Assembly: GCF_001194135.2 (NCBI RefSeq)
Contig: NC_068988.1
Span: 26,772,808-26,822,559 of the forward strand
DNA from: Octopus bimaculoides
Lineage: Eukaryota
DNA: 49,752 bases
Direction of reading: 5' to 3'
The notes beneath the pieces were generated by a model. It did not search any database. It was not told the origin of the DNA and saw nothing but the letters and a program-made list of their open reading frames with translations. The position numbers and the translations under genes are program-made. Shown here in pieces: positions 1-13,699 of the stretch. Within the stretch, counting starts at the first letter, position 1. The number at the start of each line of letters is the position of its first letter.

Positions 1-96
1 CACACACATTATGTATATACGTATACATTACTAAGTGTATATATTTATATGCCTACACATTATGTACAGATATATACATAAGTGTATAGGTTTATA

Positions 97-150
<54 letters not shown>

Positions 151-1258
151 GTGTATGTGTGTGTGCTTGTGTGTTTGTGTGTGTGTAAGTTACTGATTGA
201 TTTGTTTTTCTTTTGCCATAATACTTATGTTCAACTGTTCAATAAACTTGTCCGTATATAGGAAGTACAGAAGAGATCAGGAAGAAGAAAAAAAGAAAAA
301 GACAGACAGTACCAGAGACCAATTATCGATATCATTTGTATTGCCTTTTATTATCATATAAAAATTAGAATTGTTAAGTTCCTGCCCTATAATTTTAATC
401 GGTCTGAAGATTTTTAACACACTGAACTCCAGTGTTGTTAAGAGATTTTCTCAAATTGATCTGAGAAATGGAAGACCTACTTTAGCTATGATTGAAGGAA
501 GCTTGTGAGGAAAAAATGCGTATATGTTCACACAATTATACAAAAGCAGGCAGACACACATTGACAGTTAAGCCTGTAATGGCGATGTAGACTCTTATGT
601 AGTTATGTTTGTATATATTTATTCTTACAATTTATTAATCAAATACACGCATATATATGCATACGTACATATGAGTATCTGTGTGTGTGTACATGTTCAC
701 ACACACTCGTACAATATATACATTGTTATATATCGTATTTTATCACTCATCTTAATTTGTGCGTATATTTAAGTATATGTGCACAAATATAAGTGTGTGC
801 GCGCGTGCGCGTGGGTATTTGTATGTAGCCATTTTGCAAACGACAGTTAAACACTGAGATTTCTAAACATTTTTAGGAATATATGGTAGAATATTATTCA
901 ATACTCATTTTAGCATTAAGAAAACCCTTTCAATATCCTGCTTTTTTTCATTGTTCTGCAGCTTCATAGCTCCCATGTGTGTTAAATCGGAATATAGATA
1001 TGACCCAAGTATCAAAGATAACATTTTTTTTTTACGTAATGCAGTGTTGTATCAACGGACGACTGAAACAGGATACACGACCAGTTTACGTACATTTTTG
1101 TTTCATAAAACCATTTTATGCCATGGTACGGAAAATATGCATGAAATTATTTCATACTATTATACATTTGGCATTTATGTTTAACTAAATTCCGTTACAA
1201 CCAATAGACAAGAAAGTAAGTTAACGATTTCTATATACTTGGATATCTTCCGCCTCTT

Positions 1259-1270
1259 TATTATTATTAC

Positions 1271-1318
<48 letters not shown>
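1259..1318. repeat. (ATT)n microsatellite
   Basis: Seen directly. Confidence 0.95.
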
Positions 1319-1322
<4 letters not shown>

Positions 1323-1817
1323 GAATTTTCGTTGAAAATTCCTCATGTGAAACCATGTGTTGAAACAGATATTATTATATTTGGGATGGTCATTTTTTTG
1401 GTGGAGTGGCAAACAGACACACACACACATACAAGTGCACGCGCGCGCGCATACACACTAACACACTATATATATATATCTGTTCTTCACTCGTTTATTA
1501 CTTTCCTTCTTTTAACTTATGTCCGGAAATCTTGTCCGGAAATCTTTCGTCACACATTTGTGACTTCTTCGGCGACACTTTCCTTCCTCATGTATGCTCC
1601 TGCTCTGTTTAATCCATTCTGTTCTTCTTTGATGTGAATCCTTATATGCGTTGGTGTTTGCATCTGTATCTGTGCGTGTGTGTATGTGTGTATGTGTGTT
1701 TCTGCGTGAGTGTGCGTACGCATGTCTGTGTTTCGCATGTGTGCTTATGTGTATATGCATGGACTTGTGCCCTTTGCATATATATGTAAGTTTATATATA
1801 TATATATATATATATAT

Positions 1818-2364
1818 NNNNNNNNNNNNNNNNNNNNNNNNNNNNNNNNNNNNNNNNNNNNNNNNNNNNNNNNNNNNNNNNNNNNNNNNNNNNNNNNNNN
1901 NNNNNNNNNNNNNNNNNNNNNNNNNNNNNNNNNNNNNNNNNNNNNNNNNNNNNNNNNNNNNNNNNNNNNNNNNNNNNNNNNNNNNNNNNNNNNNNNNNNN
2001 NNNNNNNNNNNNNNNNNNNNNNNNNNNNNNNNNNNNNNNNNNNNNNNNNNNNNNNNNNNNNNNNNNNNNNNNNNNNNNNNNNNNNNNNNNNNNNNNNNNN
2101 NNNNNNNNNNNNNNNNNNNNNNNNNNNNNNNNNNNNNNNNNNNNNNNNNNNNNNNNNNNNNNNNNNNNNNNNNNNNNNNNNNNNNNNNNNNNNNNNNNNN
2201 NNNNNNNNNNNNNNNNNNNNNNNNNNNNNNNNNNNNNNNNNNNNNNNNNNNNNNNNNNNNNNNNNNNNNNNNNNNNNNNNNNNNNNNNNNNNNNNNNNNN
2301 NNNNNNNNNNNNNNNNNNNNNNNNNNNNNNNNNNNNNNNNNNNNNNNNNNNNNNNNNNNNNNNN
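1818..2364. other. Assembly gap (others at 16661-17020, 21855-22341, 32344-32710, 34926-35162, 37814-37867, 40236-40338, 43928-43937)
   Basis: Runs of N, mostly flanked by microsatellites. Confidence 1.
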
Positions 2365-2413
<49 letters not shown>

Positions 2414-5339
2414 TTCATATGTACATATATAATAAACACGTGTTTGTGAATGTATGTGTATGTATGCGTGTATGCGCGTGCGTATGTATATATGAGAGAG
2501 AGACAGAATTGAAGCTACGCCAAGATATATGCATTAAAATAACTATATATTTGAATCTTGAAAACTGCATGGTTTTTTTACAATGCAAGCCGGGTGCCAA
2601 CCAAATGACATTCCAATTCCCCAGATATTATTGACCGACGAGATATAAATATAATGGTGGAAATCCAAAGAATTCACAATATGTTTATACTGTTGTTTTA
2701 CATCAGATAACATAATACTATATCCTACTTAAAGATGCATTCCTGATATATTAGATAAATACTATATTTACAGCTTTCAGTGTAAAGTTTTGTCGCTGTC
2801 AGGCATTGCAGTAGATATTCTATGCACTAGCAGAAGAGATTTGAAATTTGTGACGTTTCGACCCGGCGGCGTACGACTTCCTCAGTCGTGAATATTTTCT
2901 TTTATTTTTCTTTTACTTTTATTAGTCATACCTTTGCGGCCATCCTGCGGTGCTGCTTTAAATTTTTTTAGTGGAATAAATAGACCCTATTACTATCGTT
3001 TTTATTGCCGAACCGCAAAGTTACAGGGATGGAAACACACTAACACCAGTTGTCAAATGGTAGTGTGGCACAAGCACAGCCACAAAGACACACATGTACA
3101 CACACACAGATATATGTTTATAGATAGATAGATTGATAGATAGCAGTGATGTTTGGAATAATCGTATTTACTGAATCATTTCTTCGGTTCTGTTATGTTT
3201 ACGTTTCGTCTGGCGTTGAAAATTTAGAGATGTATCATTAGAATATGCATTCTCTAAAAACATGTTTTCACTACCATGTAGCCACTCCTTGGTCGAAGTT
3301 TTTTACAGACTTCTCTTTGAAAAACAAGAGTCAAGAACAATAATGGAAGGGGCTAAGAAAATAGATGATTACACATACACACGCCCACGCACGCACACAC
3401 GCACACACACAAACATAAACACAAACACATACATACGTGTGTGTGGTTGTATGTGTCTGTGTATCATTGTCTGTCTGTGTGTATTTGTGTGTTGTTTGTG
3501 TAGGTGTAACATATTACGTTTTTTTCACCCTATTCTATATATGTATTAGTTACAATCAACGGGGCTTCATGCCAGAACAGTTTGATCAGGAATCCAAGCT
3601 GCACAAGTTAGATATGGTGAGTATGGTTAACGATGTGTGAAAAATCCCTGATTATACCAGTAAATAAAACTGTATGTAAGAAATCGAATAAAATGCTGAT
3701 AGTGTGTGTTGTTTATAATTAGCAAACTACAATAATTAAATTCCATGTAAATACGAAAACATCATCTACTTATCACCAACTGCCATTAAACTCTTTGTTT
3801 TTAGGCACAGAACGTCCATAACAATACAGACACCGGACGAATAACACAGTTAATTTGCCTTTATTTGTTGTATTTGCTTTATAAAGACATTAATTTTGAT
3901 TGTAGAAGTCATGTAGAATTGTTACTCGATCTGTTAGATATAGATGACAAATCTTCCTCCATCACAGCACATTCCACTCTCTTGGAGATAATATATTCAT
4001 TGATACCTTCAGAAATATGATAAATGGTAACGGTGTAAATATAATTCATCCTATGTTTGGTCAATCATGATTCATTTGAGGATAAACAACAGCAATTATG
4101 CATGTGAATATTAAATAGAACATGTGCGTATAAATAAATGATAGCCTATATGTATGCTTGTGATAACCTATATATGTTTGTGTGTGTGTGTGTGTGTGTG
4201 TAATGTATGTATGTAGATGTCTACCCTTCTTTTTGTTTACATTATTATTCATTATTCATATGAACTCTCGCTTTGCACACGTATTTCACTTGCATATATG
4301 TAAATGTCATATTAATATAATTGCATCCTGACCTAGACGTCAGAATGTACGCACATCTAATTTATCATACTGCTCCCCTCTAAACAGAACTGATTACTTT
4401 AATAACAACAATATCTAAACTGTAGATACTTAATGACTAAGTATTGGTTTTATCTTCCTAATCCACCTACTAAATCGTTCAGTCACTTGATACACTAATA
4501 TAGTCACTCACACATTGAACTGAAATATTAAACAAAAATTAATGTATTTTCTTATTAAACTACGAACGTCATTTTGCTGGCATCAACGCAGTCAATATTG
4601 AGATGTTAAGGAAAGTGATTCTAATCCAATTTGATGTGCGTAGATATTCTAGTTATTTGTTGCTTAATGTTTAATCAAATATTTGAACAATGTTAATCAG
4701 TATATCTTTTATAACTAGTATTTTGAGATAAACAAAGAAAAAACGATGACAATAAACCAAACGCTGTCAAATTTCTAAAATATCTTGTTCTTCTTAACGC
4801 TAAGTCAACTGTTTGTTCTTTTGTAGTGGATAATATACAATACCAAATAAGTTTAATTCACTCTTCTTTCACTATATAATCGTTGTCCAGTCTTATCAGA
4901 ACTACTATTTTTACATATATCAAACTAAAACAAATAGTAAACTATAAATTTGACCATGCTGCACTTATACTACAGAGAGCAACTGAAAATGGTTAAATTA
5001 ACTCTTGGCATCATCAACAGACCAATAGAAATGACACTACACCCATATCTGGTGTTTCAGGAAACGATAGTAAGAATTTTTTTCTCGAAAGTTTTTGATT
5101 TGGAATTATCTGTTGTAAACCGTTCTTCACCGGTAGATAATTACAGGACTAAGTTCTGTCGTTAGCACCAAAAATGAAGAGGATAGTTCAGGAATTTTCT
5201 ATGGCAAGTAGTGAAAATACTAGTCAATGCTTTCTTCACTGTTAATTGTGTAGCCTTCATAAGATTACAGCAGCGAGAATTATTTATATAAATACATACA
5301 CATATGTATATATTATATATATTTACATATCTTCGTTTA

Positions 5340-5538
5340 AAATTTTGGGAAAAGACCACCAATTGGGGGGGGGGGGGTAAGTCAATTACATCAAGTCCAG
5401 TGCTTGTTTGGTACTTATTTTATCAACCCTGAAAGAATGGAAGGCAATGTCAATCTCGGCGAAATTTGAACTTAAAGCCGGACTAAATGCTGCTGAGAAT
5501 TTTGACCGTTCCTTAAAGATCTTGTCAGCTCGCCGTCT
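5340..5538 (-). mobile_element. tRNA-derived SINE, family A (degenerate)
   Basis: The reverse complement begins gacggcgagctgacaagatc and contains aagttcaaatttcgccgagattgac...gataaaataagtacc, homologous to the copies at 13144 and 44639. Confidence 0.8.
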
Positions 5539-7615
5539 TATATATATCTTGTATATGTATATTTATACATGCAATATATATGTATATGTATGTGTGCATG
5601 TATGTATTTATATATACAAGTATGTATGTATGTATGTATGCATGTATGTATGTATCAGACTTTTGCCCTGAGTTTATGTTTTGACAAAATATAGGCAGTT
5701 CAGCATGTTATGAAGCTAAATATTCACAAATACATTTCTATTTAATTTGAGAGAAAAGAATGCATATTCTAGGTGTAAACGGTAGTATATCCACCTAATA
5801 AACAATGGATTTGATTCTTGACTGAGGTAATATGTACATGCTTATCACTTTTCCCTTGGGTTAATAAGCCTTAATATATTAATAATTGCATATCTATTTG
5901 CATGTCACATCAGCCACGTTATTCTAAAACGACAAGCAGAGATTATCACGCGTACATTTGTATTAACTTAATTAGTTTTATATGTGTATGATTGCTGTAA
6001 TGTGTGAAAATATTTCCCATAAGTTTTAACATTTTATCAGTCAATCAATCATACGAATTGTTTTCCTGTATGACAGAGTAATTAGGTGTGAAGAAACAAA
6101 ACAGAGAAATGTGTATGAATTTGTTTCCTCTCATCTAAATTGATATATATCCTGTACAATTGCGTTTTCAAGATAATGATATAACGATTAAATCAATGTT
6201 GATAGCTAGTTCTTATCAATTCCTGAGATAGCTCAAGCAGAAAATTGTCAGTATTATCCTTAAGGAATATTCAACACCTAACAATTCATAAATACCATTA
6301 AGATGACAGAATATTCAGAAATTCTGAAATTGAAAATTATAAATGATAACTTCAAGTCATAATTTAGCAGTTAAATTATGAGAAGTTTATAGGATTGTGG
6401 TTGATGCTTTCAGTTTTCACTGGGTTTCGTATTTGTCAATGCACTCACCTATTTATTCACAATATACGTATACTTGCCAAAAATACTTTCCGTCGAAGTT
6501 GAGAAATATTTCGCCATTAATTCCAATTTGAAATTGCCGGCTGTTAGCGTCTGTTGAGTGCACCAGCAGTCAATAGGAAAATAGAAAAAAAAACTGTTTA
6601 AACCTTAAGATCAAAGCATTAATTTATGTTCTTCGCCTATGTATTTATATAATTAAATATTGACCACTTTTTATTTCAGTGTTACGTTCCAACAGAATTT
6701 TATACAATTTCATTTCGCTCTTTATGTTAAATAGTTTGCTGTTTCTGCTCCACGTGGTCAACGACTTGCTATAAATACCAGTTGTATTTCCTTCAAATTG
6801 TATCAAATCATCCTAAAGAAATTATAGGACATTAGATAATTATAGAATACTCTGGAATAAGGTCACTGACATACATCCCAACGAACCCAGGGCACATAAA
6901 CCTTCAGCTCTTTAGTGGCTCATCCAAGAGAAGGTAACTCCATAATATTCTGCATCCTGATAACTACTTAGTGGCATTTGTTGCACGAGACCAATACAAG
7001 TTTGCAGGACGAGCGAATGGTACTGACTCTACACAAAACAATGCCCACTAAAATAATAAACCTCTACTGCTTTGGCAAGTAATTTATTGAGCTTTAAGAA
7101 AGGCTAAGGGAGTAATCACCTACAGAGAATCTGGAGCAAACGTGTACAACAATATTTAATCAATATCTGGCCTCATTTGAAGAAACTTTTATATTTTCTA
7201 AACCTCAAAGTGACCATAACACGTTCTAGACCCGTTTATTCTCTGACTCTAGATCAGAACAAGTTGCCTAGTAAACACGACCATATATAACTACCTTAAT
7301 ATCATATTCTTGGCAAATCTGTAGATTCCCATTTCAATAACATTTTTGATTTGATGTCATATGAAATTAATATTTTAGATCTCTTGTGGCCCATATTTGT
7401 ATAATATATCAAAAGCACATCGTATTTTATTATTTATCCTTATTTTCAATTATTTTATCCTTTGTACAATGCATCTTTCTCTTCTTCTTTAATTATTTAC
7501 ATCCTTCGCATCCTCCATGCGTATTTGCTTAGCATTCATTTCGTTCACAATATTTTTGTCACTTCTTTTACTATATTTGTCTATATATGTATGCATGCAA
7601 TACAGTTTATCAGCA

Positions 7616-7770
<155 letters not shown>

Positions 7771-8864
7771 ATATTCATAAATACAATTCATATGTTTGTA
7801 CGTGCGTGTATGCGTGTGTCTGTCTGTGTGTCATATTTTTGATATTCTGATAAATAAATGAATTATACATTTTTAATGATTTTTTAGTCTGTTGCTATTA
7901 AATTCCTTTCATTTCAAAGAAATATTCCAAAAATCTTATTGAATACTTCGAAAGAGAAAACAGCAAAGCAAAGAAGAAAATAACTAAAGGAAATTAAAGT
8001 AAATCTGAAAAATATTCTCCTACATTAAATTTGCATCGATGCTACGAATGCGCTCAGATATTGGTTGTGGTGCCTATTGTTATAGAGCGCTGCATTTCTT
8101 CAATCATGTTTTACTCTTAGTGCCAAAAGTCAGTCATGTGTATTTTGCAGCCAACTCTTGGACGAAACTGTTCACATCTGCTTTAGCGACATCGATAAAC
8201 GTCTAACTAATCCGAGATTAATTCTAGTTACGCTAAAATAAGCTTTTTAAACATTTGCCAATACTCTACGAGAATTGAAAGATAGATATTTCCAGTTGAA
8301 TAATCAGATCTCTGCGTGTGATCTGCTGAGCACTGAAGCACACTTAGCTTGATAACATTTCATTGTATTTGTTCAGTTACATTTCTATTTTTCAAATCAT
8401 CTTCGTCTTGTTATATTTGTTTTATTCTTTGCGTTATTTTTCTCTCTTTACGCTTCAACTAATAGCATTTTTTATTCATTTATTTATTTATTTAATTCTT
8501 TCTTTAGTCTGGCGAGCAAATTGTTTATCGTTAGTTAACCATCACAATGCTATATCACAAAGCTCTTCAAGACATCTGGCTTTGGTCCAAGCATCTCTGA
8601 AAGGTGTTATATTTAACTTAAATAAGTTGAGAGTTGATGTACTGAATAATATATACAAAACATTTTGAATGCATTACAATTTCTATTTTAGTCAAGAAAA
8701 ATCAAAAAATATAATAATGGAGAGGTTCAAAGAAAAAGGGAGTTCATTTCAAGAAATTCCATATGCATTCCTTGAAATTAATGTACATGCTTAGAGCTAA
8801 TTTGCTATCTGTTTTCAGCTATCGACATGTTTTGATCTTTCTGGGCCCAATCAGCAGTGCATAG

Positions 8865-9115
8865 TCGTCGTCGTCATCATCATCGTCGTCGTCATCGTCG
8901 TCGTCGCCGTCGTCAGCTTGCCCCTTGAATACGAAGGTTGGTTTCTCCTCCTGGACCAATATTTCGACCGTTAATGCCGATGGCGAATGTGGATAAAGAG
9001 GCCAATCCTAGAATAGCACACGGAATTGCATTGGTCACAAGTAAAAGTTACTGTCGGTCGTGGTTGCTGCTGTCTGGTCTTCCGTTGCCGTTGTTCTTCC
9101 GCATCCTCCTCTTTT
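8865..9115 (-). mobile_element. 3' end of an RTE-clade LINE with (GAC/GAT)n tail
   Basis: The minus translation AEEQRQRKTRQQQPRPTVTFTCDQCNSVCYSRIGLFIHIRHRH matches the RTE C-terminal C..C...C.SRIGL.SH.R motif. A short UTR and a trinucleotide tail follow (8865-8913). Confidence 0.75.
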
Positions 9116-12100
9116 TTCCTCCTTTCTCTTTCAAACAATATCAGTAGATGGTTCTTAAAAGTATTTTGCAACGAATTATTTATTTATTTATTTATTTCAA
9201 GAATCTTGTCGATAAAGCATACTAGCTTCATTTCATTTTATCTTTTTTTCACTTTCCTTAGTAAACGTTGGGATTCTGTTAGAATTATTTAAGGTGTTAT
9301 AAATATAAAGATTGCCTGCAACATTTTAATGTCGATTTAGCAAACACTTATTTGTAGTTATACCGTGCTTACAATATGCAGTTGCTAAACAGCCTCAGAT
9401 GAATTAAATGAGGTGTGTCTAATTTCACCACTAATGGGATTTACCTGCTCATTATTCTGCCCCTTAGAAAAATATATATATAGCAAATATGTTTACATTG
9501 AAATGGAAAACATTCATGAGATAGTTTAATTATAATTTTGATTAAACAGCCCAGGAAATGAGAGAAATTATAGTAAAAATAGAAATAATTTGTTTAGGGT
9601 GCTTAAGCTGACATGCGTATCGTAGTTCCGAGGGTATGTGAAGCGTGAAGAAAAGTTATAGAATGCAAGGAAGTTAGAATGGTTCTTTTAGGCTTAAATC
9701 ACTTGAAAATGTTTAAAAACAGGATATGTTTGTGTGAGGTGAGGCGAAACAAATTTTACAGTTTTGGGGCAGTACTCATGAACAGGATTTAATATAGAAT
9801 GAACTTTACTCTTTCTCACAACGAAATCATATTTGATTATTACAACACTTAACAATTGAAGTAAATACACTAAAGTACGCAGTAGCTGTCTCGTGAAGAG
9901 ATTTGCTTAAGTTTGCTGATATTCAGAGGCATTCTTGTCGTGACCATGACACCATTTTCAAACAGATTTAATTTATCTGATGCCATATTATACAATATGA
10001 CCGTTCATTGATGGCAGGGTCTGATTTTAATGAATTCTGGCTGCTATTTCTAGTTTCATAGAACCGCGATAGAAAATTTCACTGAAGAAACCTCAATTAA
10101 CAATATTTTAATTAATAATACTTTAATGATATAATAATGATTGAGAGAAACTTCAAAAGCAACTTTTATAACTACACCGAGGTCTCCCGATACGAAGATA
10201 AAAAGAACACCAAGACTCTTTTAAGCTACATTTAGCAATAGACATACAAGGGAAATAAATTTAACGTCTTTTGAGATATATTGATCAAAACAAAACTTAT
10301 ATCGATGCTTTCATGATTTACAGTGAAGTTATTACTAAGTGACACTGTGGTTTAGATAAATGCGGTAGGAGAATGAGGGATGGAGAAAATAAGGTATGGG
10401 CGGACAACGATGACAGTGATAAAAATAATAGTAATTAAAGGTGAAAGGCAAGATGGTAAAAATGAAGCATAGATATCAATTGAAAGTGACTCGAAAGAGG
10501 GACCTCGCTGTGTGGTGGAAGAAGAGGAAGGACTAAGTGAAACAGGATGAAACAACCAGTTGTTGCAGACCTGTAAAGTGTATTGGGAGAGGAAGCCAGA
10601 TGTTTACATATCATACATGCACACACATTATGGTTCTGCAGTCTTAGTTGTATGCACATTTCACAACTTCAGTCACGGCGTATATATGTACATATACATG
10701 CATATTTATGTGGAGCGGGGGGACGGTACGTTAAAGATGGACTCATGTTATCACTCGATAAAAATGGAATATTAAATGATGTCTGCAGTATTTATAAGTA
10801 ACTGTATCTACTAACAGGGAAGCTAAAAGTACATTTTATCAAATATTTGATCTTGAAATTTAGGATCTATTGATATGTACATAAGGAGAAAATTGTCGTT
10901 GTTATTGTTGTTGCTGTTTAGCTCCAAATCTGCCATAAATGAACAAACTTCCGATTAATATCGTTCCATCAGAAACGATCACACTGTTATTTTATTCATT
11001 TCAGTGAGAATGAATCTATTTGTTTCTGCCATAATGAGTTTATCATTATTCAATATATCATTTCTGGTTTTTAAAACAGTATGTTTTTTGGTTTGAAGTG
11101 TAGTCGGTTCCTACATCGTGCAGATCGAATGATCGCCTGGACGCCGAATCGGATTGACTCCATGAAAAATATCTTCAGTTGAGATCACATGATATATGTT
11201 TTATATCACCAAATCTTAGTGGCCAATATTTATAAATACTCTTTGGTTATTTTTTTATCTGCATCAACTAATGAGAATTACGATTTACAAGTTCTTTCTT
11301 AACGTACCATGACAACTCCTACAGCGCTTAGATTCAGTATTTCTCATATATCTCGATTTATTCATTTTGTTTACGACAACAATTCCCATCACCTTAACAT
11401 AACCTTCATGATCTTAATGGTCTGTGCTGTGAGAATAATTCATGTGGTACCTAATTTGTTACATAGCGTCGTTTTAAGTATGTATCGCTGCGGGTGGTTC
11501 CAGCTGATCTAATCCTCTTCTGGATCACGTGGATGCATGTTAATGCTCATTGCTGCATCACACCTTGCAAGGATAATTGGAAAATGTTCATATTAACACA
11601 GACTTTATTATCAAATAAGCTATTATTAAAATTCTTATGCACGCTGTGTATATGTTCTATACTTTCACAGTATATCTTCGCTGAAGGCTTGTACATGAAT
11701 AAATGTTGATTGTTATAATAAACAGTGAGTATTAAAACGGTTTATAGTTGTGAATAATACAGCCACTGTACTACCTGTTATTCTTCTTAAGATAATCCAC
11801 TTCTGAATTCCTATAGCTTGAGGAGCTTTTTTTCTTTTTTAATCTGTATTTTGAAATTACATGTAGCATGTTTTGTATATTTTTATATTGGCTTTGTTTC
11901 GAGTGTAGAATATCTCTGAAAGAAATTCCAACGCAGCTTATATTTTACGACTACTACTACAAACTATTATTATTATAAGTACCACCACCACCACTACCAC
12001 TACTACTTTCATCATTATTCTTATTATTCGTGCTTTATGAAAAATATCTAGAATTTATGTTTAAAACAAAAATAGGAAACATCTTCGAAAACATGCTTTA

Positions 12101-12860
12101 AAATATTTACAGTAAAATTGTTCAGTTTTAACAAATAAGTCAGCGGTTTAAAAAAAAACGCTGAGTGAGAAAGCTATAGCACTATTTTCTGATCCTAGTA
12201 TTGTTATTTCGTAGAAAGTGGAAATGTCTATCCTAATAAATAACAATAGAAGTTGTATACAAACATCTGAGCATTGTTTGAGTTATACCAATTACAAATG
12301 AAGAGTTAGAAATATTCCTTATCAGCCATAATGTGTTTAGTTTCACAGCTAAGTCAGCATAATTCCTTACATTATCAGCTTGCTTCCATACAATATGATA
12401 ATCATTTAATATCGCTTTGTATACAACTATCAATATATCGGGGAATGTAATGATGCGAGGTTTTATTATGTGCTATCAACTGGTCTGCCGTTCCACAGTA
12501 TTTTTGCCTTCTAATTTTTCAAGATAAATGAAACATAAAAAGTAAGCGAGCAGACGATAGACCGCGGAAAGCACGAGCACAACCAACGGTGTTCCCGGGA
12601 CGACATCGACCAACGGAGAGCAACAGTCTGCAAGATTCCGTAGTGTGCTCACAAGCAGAAGAGGCGGTTGCCGGCACAGAGTGTATTAGCAAACACATGT
12701 CCAAGGATCGAGCGTTCAAAACTACTATACTCAAATTCAGCCACTTGTCTCCACTGTCTGACTCACATTCGTTATTTTCAGCCGACGTTGAGCTTAAAAT
12801 AAATCGATGGCTTTCTTTACACTTCAGCGGACAAAGCATGTGTTGATCTGTCGGCACTGT

Positions 12861-12922
12861 TTAAGTAACGACGTTTTCGTAAGGCGGTAGATATGAGCAC
12901 GGATCAGCAAACAATCTGTTCC
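12861..12922 (-). CDS. Candidate terminal coding exon (xNRLFADPCSYLPPYENVVT*)
   Basis: Acceptor ttctttataatttcag, 62 nt to TAA; the peptide carries LPxY and YENV-like motifs. No upstream exons were identified. Confidence 0.15.
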
Positions 12923-13009
12923 CTGAAATTATAAAGAAAGCGAGAAGCTTGATTTTGGCTCAAAGATGCAATTGTTTTAACTTGTGATGCGGCAAAAGAG
13001 ACCAACAGA

Positions 13010-13106
13010 CTTTAAAGAACTAAGTACTGGGGTTGATGTGTTCTACTAAACTCTTCAAGGCGGCGCACCAGTATGGCCACAGTCCAATAACCGAAACAAA
13101 TAAAAC
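13010..13106 (+). mobile_element. SINE 3' tail fragment (family B-type tail)
   Basis: aagtactggggttgat...aaggcggcgcaccagtatggccacagtccaataaccgaaacaaataaaa matches the 3' end of the copy at 18851-19260. Confidence 0.75.
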
Positions 13107-13143
13107 ATGCAACACTGCTTACATTAGACATCGTAATTAAGAA

Positions 13144-13560
13144 GGCGGCGAACTGGCAGAAACGTTAGCACGCCGGGTGAAATGCTTAGTGGTATTTCGC
13201 CTGCCGTTACGTTCTAAGTAACGACTTTGCTTTTCATCCTTTCGGGGTCGATAAATTAAGTACCAGTTACGCACTGGGATCGATGTAATCGACTTAATCC
13301 CTTTGTCTGTCCTTGTTTGTCTCCACTATGTTTAGCCCCTTGTGGGCAATAAAGAAATAAGAAACGTTAGCACCCCGGGCGAAATGCTTAGCGGTATTTC
13401 GTCTGTCTTTACGCTCTCAGTTCAAATTCAGCTGAGGTCGACTTTGCCTTTCATCCTTTCAGGATCGATAAATTAAGTAACAGTTGCATACTGGGGTCGA
13501 TCTAATCGACTGGCGCTCTCTCCCAAAATTTCGGGCCTTGTGCCTAAAGTAGAAAAGAAT
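13144..13560 (+). mobile_element. Dimeric tRNA-derived SINE, family A (13144-13360 and 13361-13560)
   Basis: Two consecutive copies share gaaacgttagcac.ccggg.gaaatgcttag...gactttgc.tttcatcctttc.gg.tcgataaattaagta.cag. The second copy has the B-box-like cagttcaaattc. Confidence 0.9.
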
Positions 13561-13699
13561 TCAGAAGTACTGTGGAATATGGAGGGATTTTTGTTATACT
13601 AAGTATCTCGAATATGGGTGAAATTAAAAATAATAGTTCATAGTGCATTAAGTAAAAGAGCCCTTGGTCGGACTGTTACATAAAATGAGGTAAAATTTA

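Noticed and set aside
1221-2634. Many 60-330 aa ORFs in the track
   Set aside because: They are translations of (ATT)n, (TA)n, (TG)n and N gaps, with no domain content. The same applies to the ORFs at 7462-7850, 21826-22513, 31939-32847, 33912-35243, 37702-38068, 40151-40624 and 42883-43724.
6630-6820. Possible minus-strand exon DDLIQFEGNTTGIYSKSLTTWSRNSKLFNIKSEMK after ttctttag
   Set aside because: No recognisable homology, no partner exon, and short open frames after AG are common in AT-rich DNA.
10345-10620. Purine-rich segment with RGRTK-like translation, possibly an RTE 3' relic
   Set aside because: Motif spacing is inconsistent and there are many stops; left unclassified.
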